A stretch of DNA of 51,371 nucleotides from a virus (taxonomy: Duplodnaviria; Caudoviricetes): positions 1 through 51,371 of IMG/VR virus record IMGVR_UViG_3300046092_000227. One strand, given 5' to 3'. The notes beneath the pieces were generated by a model. That model saw nothing but the letters and a program-made list of their open reading frames with translations, made no database searches and had not been told where the DNA came from. Both the position numbers and the translations under genes were made by a program. This document shows positions 35,785-45,511 of the stretch, one piece after another (the stretch's first letter is position 1; each line of letters opens with the position of its first letter).

Positions 35785-36765
35785 ATGGCTCTATCAGAAA
35801 AATTTATCGCAGGATTATTATCCTTAAACGACCCAGCTAGTCAGCAGGTTGAATTATTCCGTTTGTATTACGATCCTATAAATGAGCCTAGTAGTTATTA
35901 CCCCATGTGTTCGTCTAGTAATGGCTATGGTGGCGCAATCTTCTGGCAAGGAGTTCAATATAATCCTTTGCCTATTGAATTTGAAAATCTTGAAACATCT
36001 ATTTTAGATAGAATGCAGCGGCCAAAATTGCGCATTTCTAATGAGGGGTTGTTAATATCTCAAATTCTTCGAAAGAAGAACGATTTAAAAGATGCTAAAA
36101 TTGCCAGAGTCAGAACTCAAATTAGATTTATTGATGATAATAATTTTGATGGTGGCGAAAATCCTTTTGGCTCGCCAGATCCAACCCAAGAAATCGTTGA
36201 TACTTTTGTTGTCTCCCAAAAACTTGGTGAAAATCGCCAAATAGTTGAGTTCGAATGTACCGCTCCATTTGATGTCACGGATTTTACTGTTCCAGCAAGA
36301 TCAGTATCTCCAAGATATTGCAATTGGCAGTATAGAGGTTGTGGTTGCAATTTTTGGGGTCCGCCAGTAAAAAAAGAAGATGGTTCCGCATTTCCAGTTG
36401 CACCGATTAACAAATTTAATTTTCAAAGTAGCGAATTTGAATGGCAATATGGGAAAGCTTATGCTGCTGGGTCAATAGCTTATGTCCCAACTAATAAAGA
36501 TCCCTTTAGAACTTATTTTGTAGCTAACGAAAATCATACTTCTAATGAAGTAAACCAGCCATCAATTAACTCTTTGATATGGAGTAAAGATGGATGTCAA
36601 AAAACCATTCAAGCTTGCCATCAACACCATGTCGCTACAGGAATCGCTTATACTGGCAATGTAACTATTCCTAATCCATTATCATATGGTTTATTGGAGA
36701 GCGAAAAGTATTTACCATTTGGGGGCTTCCCAGCAACAGATAAATACAGCAAAGGAACGCAATGA
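35785..36765 (+). CDS. Lambda gpL-like minor tail / tail-tip protein
   Basis: WQGVQYNPLPIE, RPKLRISN, VEFE, CNWQYRGCGC, GCQKTIQAC and LPFGGFP. Confidence 0.9.
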   Translation: MALSEKFIAGLLSLNDPASQQVELFRLYYDPINEPSSYYPMCSSSNGYGGAIFWQGVQYNPLPIEFENLETSILDRMQRPKLRISNEGLLISQILRKKNDLKDAKIARVRTQIRFIDDNNFDGGENPFGSPDPTQEIVDTFVVSQKLGENRQIVEFECTAPFDVTDFTVPARSVSPRYCNWQYRGCGCNFWGPPVKKEDGSAFPVAPINKFNFQSSEFEWQYGKAYAAGSIAYVPTNKDPFRTYFVANENHTSNEVNQPSINSLIWSKDGCQKTIQACHQHHVATGIAYTGNVTIPNPLSYGLLESEKYLPFGGFPATDKYSKGTQ

Positions 36766-37151
36766 TCGAAAATTTTAAATCCTGTTTAGATTTTTTTAAA
36801 AACGAAAGTTTAGCTCATACAAATCAAGAAATTGTTGGTTTGTGGGGATTGAAAAATGAAAAACCAGTTACAAAAATTGTTAAAAATCGCTCTCCAGATC
36901 CTCAAAACTATTTTGCTATTGATCCATTAGAAATGTGGCTATTTCAAAATGATTGTGAAATGTTGGCAATATTTCATTCTCATATCTATGGAGATTCTCA
37001 ATTTTCAGAATGGGATAAAATAACTGCGGAAAACTGCTGCTTGCCTTTTCTTGTATATTCTTTATGCGAAGATAAATTTGGTTTTTATGAACCTGCTCAT
37101 TGTGATGTTAGTAGTGTAAATCTTACCAAGGTACGTGAGGTATTAAAATGA
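36762..37151 (+). CDS. JAB/MPN+ domain tail assembly protein (gpK N-domain only)
   Basis: EIVG...N.SPDP...F...IFHSH......SEWD (JAMM motif). Confidence 0.88.
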   Translation: MIENFKSCLDFFKNESLAHTNQEIVGLWGLKNEKPVTKIVKNRSPDPQNYFAIDPLEMWLFQNDCEMLAIFHSHIYGDSQFSEWDKITAENCCLPFLVYSLCEDKFGFYEPAHCDVSSVNLTKVREVLK

Positions 37152-37831
37152 CAACGGTTTATTTACATGGATTACTTGGGAAAGAGTTTGGGCGCAAATT
37201 TAAATTTTCGCTAGGGCGTCCACGCGATTGCGTTTTAGCTATTGATGCTAACAAAAATGGATTTTTAAATAGACTCTTAGATTTGTCAAAAAAAGGAGCA
37301 CATTATTCTGTTGTGATTGATGGAAGATTTTCTAGCAATTTAAGCTTAGAAACCCGCGCAAAAGAATTACATATTGTTCCATATGTTTCTGGCGCGGCTG
37401 GAGCAATTGCTGTTGTGGGCGCAGTTGTTGCTGTGGCTGGTTATGCAGGGGTTGTTACTTCTGCATTTTGGACAGGAGTGCTAATTGCTGTTGGAACCGC
37501 TGCCGTATCATACGGCATTTCTAATTTAATGCAAAAAGAACAAAAGGTAGATGTTGGCTCAGCTTCTGCCGCATCTAACGCATTTAATAAATCTTTCTTA
37601 TTTAGCTCTGGAGAAAACGTGACAGAACAAGGGAATCCAGTGCCTATTGCCTATGGAAGATTAAAAATTGGTTCTTTGGTGATTCAATCTACTATTAAGA
37701 GTTTCCCAGCTAAATTTGATGAAAAATCATCATTACCTATCGCGTCTGAGTTTTCAGAGTTATCTACAAAAAGAGGATTATCTCAAATGGCTATTATTGA
37801 TAGACAAAGCGCAATCCAAACTAATCAATGA
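37148..37831 (+). CDS. Lambda gpI-like tail assembly protein
   Basis: VYLHGLLGKEFG, HIVPYVSGA, a hydrophobic hairpin and QGNPVPIAYGRLKIGS. Confidence 0.9.
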   Translation: MTTVYLHGLLGKEFGRKFKFSLGRPRDCVLAIDANKNGFLNRLLDLSKKGAHYSVVIDGRFSSNLSLETRAKELHIVPYVSGAAGAIAVVGAVVAVAGYAGVVTSAFWTGVLIAVGTAAVSYGISNLMQKEQKVDVGSASAASNAFNKSFLFSSGENVTEQGNPVPIAYGRLKIGSLVIQSTIKSFPAKFDEKSSLPIASEFSELSTKRGLSQMAIIDRQSAIQTNQ

Positions 37832-40800
37832 ACCATTTTTTAAAGAAAAACTTTTCAAGTATTTTTGGCGCTGGAGGTAAACCTGAAAAAGGAGATCCGC
37901 CGCCGCCGCCAGTTTTAAACCCACCAAAACTTGGCGCTTTAACTGCATTAACATCGTATAGCTACTCAGAATCAGTAGATGCTTTAAGTGAGGGGCCGAT
38001 TGAAGGGATCGTCAATCAAAATGGCCAACATCTTGATGGTTATCGTATTTTTGAAGGTGTTTATATTGATGATGTGCCTGTTAAAAAAACAATGAACCCA
38101 ATGGACCCTTCAATTAGCAGGTCAACGGTTTACTTGGGTGACATAATTCAACAATTAACAGCGCAGTGGTTTAGTGGAGATTTATTTCAAGATTTATCTT
38201 TAAATAATTTACCTCTTGTTAAAACATCTTATGACCCATCTTCAAGCGTTAATAATCCATACGAATCATTTAAGGTATCAAATGATAAATTAAGCGCGGA
38301 AATAATTTACGGCAAAAAAAATATATCCAAGGCAATTTTCCTAGGGATTAATACTTTGAGGCGGTTTTCTGATGATTCTTCGATACCTTCTGATTTAGCA
38401 GCTATTGCAAAACAAAAACTTTTAAAGTACGATGCGTTTTCTAGTCTTTCTATAATCGAAAATCAGTTATTAAAAGACTACCCAATCTCTACAGATTTTC
38501 CATTTTTTTGCGTTAAAATTAATCTTGGTAATATTTACAGATCCACTGAACCTGTTCAAAAAATTTTAAATCTTCCAGTAAGTAAAGAAACTAGCTTTTA
38601 TCTTGAAAATGATATTTCAAACCAAATTTTTCAACCATTAGAAATTTCAGAAATTGGGAAAACTAGAATAGTCAGGCCGTTGAAAAATATTGATACAAGT
38701 TTTTTATATAGAAACAGCACTTTTGAGGAAGAAGATAATCTCGAATTAGCAGGTTATCTTTATTTATTTGGCGTACATCAAAATAGTTTTCCAACAAAAG
38801 AAAGTTTAATATCTTTGAGAGAGAATATTAAAAACTTACATATTTTAGATTATAATCAAGCAAAATATAATTATTCAAATATTTTAGCAGAAATTAGGAA
38901 CGGAGAAGAGTTGCAACTGCCATTAGGTTTTTTCGATAAAACATATTTGGATAAGATATATGGAATTAAATTACTTGGCCCATTCTCTAATCAAGGCCAA
39001 ATTTTAAAATTGACTGATTTTAATAAAGCAAATGCAAGCGGAAAAATAAAAGGACTTTTAGAAACCAGCGCTACCACAACAGCTTTCTCTTCTGAAAAAT
39101 TAATTAGCGAAGAGGAGCTAGATTACCTTGAGGAATTATGGGGATTGGAGGGTTTTTTGAAGAAAGATGGGCAATATTACTTTGCTGTTGAGGGCTTATT
39201 TACATATCTTTCTAATTATAAAAGAATAGTATTATCGAAGACTAGTGAGGATAATTTTTCAATAGCAATCAAATACACTACATCTACTACGACTTATTAT
39301 TATGTAAGTATTACTCAACAAAATAAGAACTTTACTTTTACAGCCACTTATTATTGGTATGATAAAGGTAGTCCAGGGGCTGGTGCGCAACCAGGAAGGC
39401 CAGCAAAATGGGTTAGTGCAAAATTACAATTTACTGGAGATGATGGATGGGGAGGGGAGATAATCATTAGGAATAAAGCTCTTTTAGCTGTCACAATTTT
39501 ACTGCTATCCACAGTAGAAGGTTCTCAAGACAGTAGATCAAATAAAAGTTACTCTGGATGGAGTGAATCATCAATGTCTCAATTTGATGAGGAGCCAAAT
39601 TCCGTTATTCATGTTGTTAGGAATCCTAATGTTTCCAATGTTTTCTTGACCATGGGTATACGCGCCTTATCCGACACTGCGGAAACACCGAAAACGCTGG
39701 ACGGCACAAAAGAAAAAGTTGATATTGGAGCAAAAATACCGTCCGCTGTTAAATTTAAAATTGAAATTGGATTGCAAGATTCTAATGGAGTTGATCAAGT
39801 GCCATCAAAATCATTAGTTTATCAGGTTGTCGGCATCGCAGAAAGTCCCGCTCTTATTGATATTGGAAGAACAGAAAATGCTAATAGTATATCAAATTAT
39901 GCGAGATTCATCCAAGGAACTGAGAATATAGCTTACCCACTAACCCTTCCAGAGTCAGTTGATGGATCATTTAGGTATGTAAAAGTTACTAGAACAACAT
40001 ATGAAAGTTACTCATCTTTAGTTCGAAGAGAAATATCGCTCGAAAAGGTTACAGAAATTATTGATAGTAGATTTTCATATCCAAACACGGCGATTGTCGG
40101 CGTTAAATTAGACGCGAGAACACTATCCTCTATGCCGCCAAGATCATATGATGTTAGATTAAAGCGCATAATGATACCCACTAATTATTATCCATTGTAC
40201 GCGGATGGAAAAGATAAAAGATTTTATAAAACAAATGCTGAATTTTCAAATGCCGCGAAAGCTGATAAATTAATTTATAATGGAGATTGGGATGGGACTT
40301 TTAAAGAAGCGTGGTCGGATAATCCAGCATGGATTGTTTTTGACCTTTTGACAAATACTCGATATGGCATGGGAAATTATGTTTCCGCTGACCAAATTAA
40401 TATTTGGGAGCTTTATAAAATTGGCAGATTTTGCGATGCAGTAGATGAGGATGGTTATTTTTATGGAGTTCCTAGCTCTAGCGGAGGATTGGAGCCTAGA
40501 TATTCATGCAATATTGTTATTGCTGATAAAACAAATATTTTTGATGCTATTAAAAATCTTGTTTCTTCATTCAGAGGAAATATTTTTTACTCGAATTCTT
40601 ACATTGATTTTACAGATGACCGAGTGAAATTGCCGAATTATTTTTTCAATAATCAAAATGTTCGGGATGGATTATTTAACTACACTAATTCTAGACGCGA
40701 CCAACAGTATAATACTTTAGAGGTTAGTTACTTTGATAGGGATGACGGCTTTAAAGTTAAAACAGAATATATTGAAGATCCAGAGGATATTAAAAAACGC

Positions 40801-41874
40801 GGTGTTCTAAGAGCGGATATTGATACTTTCGGCGTGACTTCTCGCGCTCATGCTAATCGTATTGGCAAGCATATTATCTATTCAACAGTTAATGAAAATC
40901 AAGCTGTCTCATTTGGTTGTGGGCCTGAAGTTCTTGCTTGTCGGCCTGGGGACTTAATCTCAATCGAAGATGATTTAAAATCTTTGCAAAAGAACATTGG
41001 TCGAGTATTAGAAATTGATACGGCACAAAAAATATTAAGATTAGATGAGCAGTTTAAAAGCGGCGATTACCTTAATGAAGTGAGTCTTTTTATTCCTACG
41101 GGGCAAAAAACTTACAGCGATTATTATGACATGGCCGTTAGTCCGTCTAAGCTCGCAATGAATGAGCTTTATTCAAATGACGTTCCTCAAATCGCCACTT
41201 TTAAAACAACAGGTTATCACAATCTTGATTACGGTTGCTACTTATATTTAAATCCAACGGGCGAAAATATCGCCTTACTAGACAAGGCTAAGGCTGGAGG
41301 TATCTATTCAATTACCTTATCTGGACTCAAGCAAGAAATTTATAAACTTACTAGTATAAAAGAAAACTCTCCTATTGAATATGAGGTTGCCGCTATCAAA
41401 TTTGATACTGGTAAATTTGGAAGTATTGAAAGCGGCCAATCTTTAGTGGATTTTTATAATAACTATCCAAACGTATCGGCTCCAACCCAAGGGCTGGAAA
41501 CAATCTCCCAGAATAATCTGTATCAACTTAGTTACCCAGTTATCCAATCTTTTTCTACTGGAAACTATGATCAGCAAGCTGATGCAATTGATTTATCGGG
41601 TTCTTGGACAGCAGTAAATGGAGCGACTCACTATGATTACGAATTAGTAACACCAAAATACAGTTTTCTAACTGGTCGAACAACTGGATTATTTGCCGTG
41701 TTCACAGATCAAACACAGGCTGGAAGGTTCACTTTAAAAGTCTCCGCTCGTAACATCTCTAGTGTCCCAAATCCTATTAGTGCGACATATTCGTCTGGAA
41801 TCACTGTGCTTAGTTACTCAGCGCCAATTAGAACAAATAGCGTGTTTGCTGGAATTAGCATCAAAAACTCATAA
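37828..41874 (+). CDS. Lambda gpJ-like central tail fibre / host specificity protein
   Basis: DALSEGPIEG, YPNTAIVG, WDGTFKEAWSDNPAWIVFDLLTNTRYG, EPRYSCN, GVTSRAHA.R.G and RPGDLI; FnIII-like C-terminus. Confidence 0.92.
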   Translation: MNHFLKKNFSSIFGAGGKPEKGDPPPPPVLNPPKLGALTALTSYSYSESVDALSEGPIEGIVNQNGQHLDGYRIFEGVYIDDVPVKKTMNPMDPSISRSTVYLGDIIQQLTAQWFSGDLFQDLSLNNLPLVKTSYDPSSSVNNPYESFKVSNDKLSAEIIYGKKNISKAIFLGINTLRRFSDDSSIPSDLAAIAKQKLLKYDAFSSLSIIENQLLKDYPISTDFPFFCVKINLGNIYRSTEPVQKILNLPVSKETSFYLENDISNQIFQPLEISEIGKTRIVRPLKNIDTSFLYRNSTFEEEDNLELAGYLYLFGVHQNSFPTKESLISLRENIKNLHILDYNQAKYNYSNILAEIRNGEELQLPLGFFDKTYLDKIYGIKLLGPFSNQGQILKLTDFNKANASGKIKGLLETSATTTAFSSEKLISEEELDYLEELWGLEGFLKKDGQYYFAVEGLFTYLSNYKRIVLSKTSEDNFSIAIKYTTSTTTYYYVSITQQNKNFTFTATYYWYDKGSPGAGAQPGRPAKWVSAKLQFTGDDGWGGEIIIRNKALLAVTILLLSTVEGSQDSRSNKSYSGWSESSMSQFDEEPNSVIHVVRNPNVSNVFLTMGIRALSDTAETPKTLDGTKEKVDIGAKIPSAVKFKIEIGLQDSNGVDQVPSKSLVYQVVGIAESPALIDIGRTENANSISNYARFIQGTENIAYPLTLPESVDGSFRYVKVTRTTYESYSSLVRREISLEKVTEIIDSRFSYPNTAIVGVKLDARTLSSMPPRSYDVRLKRIMIPTNYYPLYADGKDKRFYKTNAEFSNAAKADKLIYNGDWDGTFKEAWSDNPAWIVFDLLTNTRYGMGNYVSADQINIWELYKIGRFCDAVDEDGYFYGVPSSSGGLEPRYSCNIVIADKTNIFDAIKNLVSSFRGNIFYSNSYIDFTDDRVKLPNYFFNNQNVRDGLFNYTNSRRDQQYNTLEVSYFDRDDGFKVKTEYIEDPEDIKKRGVLRADIDTFGVTSRAHANRIGKHIIYSTVNENQAVSFGCGPEVLACRPGDLISIEDDLKSLQKNIGRVLEIDTAQKILRLDEQFKSGDYLNEVSLFIPTGQKTYSDYYDMAVSPSKLAMNELYSNDVPQIATFKTTGYHNLDYGCYLYLNPTGENIALLDKAKAGGIYSITLSGLKQEIYKLTSIKENSPIEYEVAAIKFDTGKFGSIESGQSLVDFYNNYPNVSAPTQGLETISQNNLYQLSYPVIQSFSTGNYDQQADAIDLSGSWTAVNGATHYDYELVTPKYSFLTGRTTGLFAVFTDQTQAGRFTLKVSARNISSVPNPISATYSSGITVLSYSAPIRTNSVFAGISIKNS

Positions 41875-42200
41875 TGACCACTATCGCACCAACGACGACA
41901 ATCGCGCCGACAACGACGACAATCGCGCCGACAACGACGACAATCGCGCCAACGACGACAACGACGACAACGACGACGATCCCACCAACAACAACGATCC
42001 CGCCAACGTTAGCACCAACGACAACGACGACAACAACGGTTGCGCCAACGACAACGACAACGACGACGACGACAACAACGGTTGCGCCAACGACAACGAC
42101 AACTACCACGACAGTCCCAACAACGACTACGACAGTCGCGCCGACGACGACAACGACAACGACAACTACTACGACTACCCCAGCGCCGACAACCACGCCT
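41874..42200 (+). repeat. Low-complexity (ACG/ACA)n tract with 18-21 bp tandem units
   Basis: acaatcgcgccgacaacgacg repeated in tandem, with longer acgacaacg runs. Confidence 0.9.
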
Positions 42201-43124
42201 TCTCCTTATATTTTTGTTCCAGCCCCATCATTGCCATCTCAAAGCTCTTTTGAGCCATCGGATTTCGCAGATGGTACTGGAATAGGTTTCTCTGTGGCTC
42301 TAAGGAGGGATGTGCCTTTTGATTTTCAATTTGAGGATCGTTTTGGGAACGCTATTACTAATGATTTTGATCTTGTAAACTCTTTTGTAGATGCGTCGAT
42401 TAGTTTCGATGTTTTAACCACAGGAGATTCTTTTGCTCCAAGTGGCGAAAACTTTAGAAATGGAGTGGTGTCCACTAATTATTTATATACTTACGAGCAA
42501 AACTCTGGAGCTTTCAATGGAGATCCACAAAGATACTATAAGTTAAATTTCAAACTCCAAGAAGACGCGAAAATTAATTATAATCTTTTTACAATTTACC
42601 ATTTACCCGCCGAAATTACTGATGTTCGCGTATCTGGATATAATGAAGGGCAAACTGGTGGCGTTACGCTGTCTATTGATACGCCTAGCAATGGTACAAA
42701 TTTTTTAACCCGCCAATTCGATGTTTATACTGGGTCATCGGCAGAATTTTATCCTTTTACAGGTAATCTTTTAAAGAGTTTCCCTGTTTTTAAAACTAGT
42801 CAATCATACGATCTTCAAATAGTAAGTAACGAACAAGATAAGGGTGTCTTTTGCTATTATAAAGTTTTACCGCATGATGATTTTGCTACTGGCTTTTTTT
42901 GGACTGGTGTCGCTTCTGGCGTTATGGATTACCCAAGAGAGGCGAGGACATTTTTAGAAGCTATTCCAGTAAGAGGATCTTTTGAAGATAGGACTGGAAT
43001 TTATACTGGTTTAGCTGCTCCAGAAATTACTCCTTATGATGGTATTTCATTCTACCAAACAGGCGTCGATCAAAATTTTTTCATAATCAAATCAGGACAG
43101 TGGAAAACTGTTAATTTGAGTTAA
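41874..43124 (+). CDS. Tail-associated protein with N-terminal mucin-like Thr/Pro repeat
   Basis: About 108 aa of (I/V)APTTTT repeats, then a beta-rich (S/T)G-rich domain; TAATG-coupled to gpJ. Confidence 0.8.
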   Translation: MTTIAPTTTIAPTTTTIAPTTTTIAPTTTTTTTTTIPPTTTIPPTLAPTTTTTTTVAPTTTTTTTTTTTVAPTTTTTTTTVPTTTTTVAPTTTTTTTTTTTTPAPTTTPSPYIFVPAPSLPSQSSFEPSDFADGTGIGFSVALRRDVPFDFQFEDRFGNAITNDFDLVNSFVDASISFDVLTTGDSFAPSGENFRNGVVSTNYLYTYEQNSGAFNGDPQRYYKLNFKLQEDAKINYNLFTIYHLPAEITDVRVSGYNEGQTGGVTLSIDTPSNGTNFLTRQFDVYTGSSAEFYPFTGNLLKSFPVFKTSQSYDLQIVSNEQDKGVFCYYKVLPHDDFATGFFWTGVASGVMDYPREARTFLEAIPVRGSFEDRTGIYTGLAAPEITPYDGISFYQTGVDQNFFIIKSGQWKTVNLS

Positions 43125-43131
43125 TATAAGT

Positions 43132-44040
43132 ATGATCATACTAGATAATCTTTGGCCAGCATTTCTTGACAGTCAGGATTATCGGCAATTAAACCAATAC
43201 GGCTTATTTTTTAAAGATGAGACTGGACCTTTTTTAGATAATCCAGATAATTATCTTGTTTCTTGGGGTGAAAATATTAATAAAATTCGTCATTCAGTAT
43301 TGGAAACTGGATTTTTCTTTAATGCGATGCACTTAGATCAACATGGATTATATGAAAAATCTTCTTTTAATTTTCCAGAAGCAAAAAAAATAATTGAAAA
43401 ATTTTCGGCTCCGAAATCATGGAAAAACCTCTTATCTGAGGGTAAATTAAATCCAAAATATCCTCAACCATCCTCCTATCTTGATTGGGATGGAGTTGTT
43501 GTTATTTGCCAACATCATATAGACAGAAGTATTTGGAGAGTTGGATCGTCTGGAGATTATCATAAATTTTTAGAAAGCGCCGCGAAACACTATGGAAAAC
43601 GAGCGCTCTTTAAAAAACATCCTGTTACGCTTGGAAATAAGGATGAAATGGATAGAATAGAGAAGATAGCCTTAAAATATGGATGCGAAGTCGCTTATAC
43701 TGATACTTCTGTAATTGATAATGCCGAATCTGTTTTAGTTTATAACTCAACCTTTGTAATTGACGCTTTAATGAGGGGTAAGCATGTCAATCAATTTTCG
43801 CCTGGATATTTTTGGCAATCTGGAGTTGTCCAATATACCAAGGGAAAGTTTCCATCTAATCAAGAAAAAATTAATCTTGATTACGTTGATAAATTTATTG
43901 ATTTCCTAATATGGAAATACTGCTTTCATAAGATGCTACCCTTAGAAAAAATTGCTGAAATTATCAAAACTTTTGAAGCTAGTAGAGAATTTTTTCCTTT
44001 ACCAGTTGAATTATCTTATGGAAGCTTTATCGACACCTAA
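43132..44040 (+). CDS. KpsS/KpsC-like (capsule synthesis, GT-B) glycosyltransferase
   Basis: VLETGFF, VICQ...D, FKKHP and YNSTFVIDALMRGK motifs typical of CMP-sugar (Kdo) transferases. Confidence 0.65.
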   Translation: MIILDNLWPAFLDSQDYRQLNQYGLFFKDETGPFLDNPDNYLVSWGENINKIRHSVLETGFFFNAMHLDQHGLYEKSSFNFPEAKKIIEKFSAPKSWKNLLSEGKLNPKYPQPSSYLDWDGVVVICQHHIDRSIWRVGSSGDYHKFLESAAKHYGKRALFKKHPVTLGNKDEMDRIEKIALKYGCEVAYTDTSVIDNAESVLVYNSTFVIDALMRGKHVNQFSPGYFWQSGVVQYTKGKFPSNQEKINLDYVDKFIDFLIWKYCFHKMLPLEKIAEIIKTFEASREFFPLPVELSYGSFIDT

Positions 44041-44050
44041 TCCAATATAA

Positions 44051-44887
44051 ATGACTACAAAAATTTCTTCACGCCGAAAACTTACAATAGGAATGGCAAC
44101 GTTCGATGATTACGACGGTGTATATTTTACCATTCAATCAATAAGAATGTATCATAAAGACATACTAGATGATATTGAATTCATAATTGTAGATAACAAT
44201 CCAGAATCAGAACATGGAAAATGTCTTCGTGAATTTTGTAAATGGGTAAAAGAACCAATAAAATATATTCCCTATGTAGAAATGAAGGGGACATCATCTC
44301 GCGAACAGGTTTTTATTAATGCCACAACAGACTATGTTTTATGTATGGATTGCCACGTACTTCTTGAATCAGGCAGTATATCTGAATTAATTAAATTCTT
44401 TGATTCTGGGAATGACAATGGAAACATAGTCCAAGGACCGCTGTTGTACGACAACCTTGCTGACATCTCTACTCATTTCAAAGAAGACTGGGGTTGTCAG
44501 ATGTTTGGTAAATGGGCATTGGATGAAAGAGCCGCTCTATCGGAGGCATTTGAAATACCAATGCAGGGTCTTGGAGTATTTGCTTGTAGAAAATCATCAT
44601 GGATAGGTTTCTGCAAGGATTTTAAAGGATTTGGATGTGAAGAATTTTTTGTAGCGGAACAACACCGCCAAGCTGGTAGAAAAGTTGTATGTTTGCCATC
44701 TTTAAAATGGGTTCATAGATTTGCTAGACCTGCAAAAATTCCATACCCTATATCTGCCAAAGATAAGTATCAAAATTATCTTATCGGATTCAAAAAACTA
44801 AATCTAGATACTTCTCCAATAACAAATCATTTTTTAGATTATGTTGGACGTATTCAACTAACTGAGTGGGAGAAGGAACTCCTTTAA
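44051..44887 (+). CDS. GT-A glycosyltransferase (GT2/GT27-like)
   Basis: IIVDN, VLCMDCH (DxH), PMQGLGVFA, GFGCEE and LPSLKWVHRFARPAKIPY. Confidence 0.8.
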   Translation: MTTKISSRRKLTIGMATFDDYDGVYFTIQSIRMYHKDILDDIEFIIVDNNPESEHGKCLREFCKWVKEPIKYIPYVEMKGTSSREQVFINATTDYVLCMDCHVLLESGSISELIKFFDSGNDNGNIVQGPLLYDNLADISTHFKEDWGCQMFGKWALDERAALSEAFEIPMQGLGVFACRKSSWIGFCKDFKGFGCEEFFVAEQHRQAGRKVVCLPSLKWVHRFARPAKIPYPISAKDKYQNYLIGFKKLNLDTSPITNHFLDYVGRIQLTEWEKELL

Positions 44888-45051
44888 AAACCATATGTTC
44901 TTCGTTAATTATTTTGAGTTTTGAAGTTGGCCTTTTGGTCATTAGGCGTTCTATTGTAAAGCTTTTTAAGTCGCCGAAAAACTTTTTTACTAATAGGTGA
45001 GGATGGATCAATAATATTCCTCAGGGCTTTGGTTGCTGATTTATTCATAAT

Positions 45052-45507
45052 TTAAAGTGTTCCAATATACATTTCCGAATCTTTTTTCATGTTTGTCAAA
45101 GCATAATGCTTTTTTACCTTATCGGAATTTGGATGATTCTCAACAGAGAACATCACATATCTTTTGTATCCTATACTTTTCCCAAATCTAAGGGCTGTTT
45201 CTTTTAACTTAATACCAGCAAATGGATTTTTTGAAACCCAAAGATATTCTTGCCAAATCTTTTCTCCGATTACATAATTTTCTGTTCCCTGAAACATAAT
45301 GACAGAATCAAATTCTCCATTTTCTTCATTCGCCCAAACGTGCAGGTTGAAATTCAATAATCTACTATCAGCCCATGCCTTAATTAAAGATTCTGGATTT
45401 ATTTTTGCCCCAATGTGACCATATAGGCCATTTTCATGGCCAAACTTCATAGCTATTTGATTAGCCATGCGTTTGAAAGTTTCAGGGTTAGTGATTTTTT
45501 GAATCAA
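45052..45507 (-). CDS. GNAT-like acyltransferase-fold protein
   Basis: QEYLWVS...GIKL...A..FGKSIG....M...KVKKHY pattern. Confidence 0.55.
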   Translation of the reverse strand: MIQKITNPETFKRMANQIAMKFGHENGLYGHIGAKINPESLIKAWADSRLLNFNLHVWANEENGEFDSVIMFQGTENYVIGEKIWQEYLWVSKNPFAGIKLKETALRFGKSIGYKRYVMFSVENHPNSDKVKKHYALTNMKKDSEMYIGTL

Positions 45508-45511
45508 GCTT

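Noticed and set aside
41874-42200. AAC-rich tract as a DGR template repeat
   Set aside because: AAC arises from ACA-ACG junctions. No reverse transcriptase and no second copy differing at adenines were seen.
41762-42285. Poly-Val, Asp/Asn-rich, Arg/Gln-rich and Ser/Leu ORFs overlapping the repeat
   Set aside because: These are shadow frames of the Thr tract; only the Thr frame is coupled to gpJ and continues into a folded domain.
44790-45011. 73 aa minus-strand ORF overlapping the GT-A gene
   Set aside because: It overlaps a confident gene by about 100 nt. A shorter ORF in another frame starting at 45048 (MNKSATKALR...) fits the gap better.
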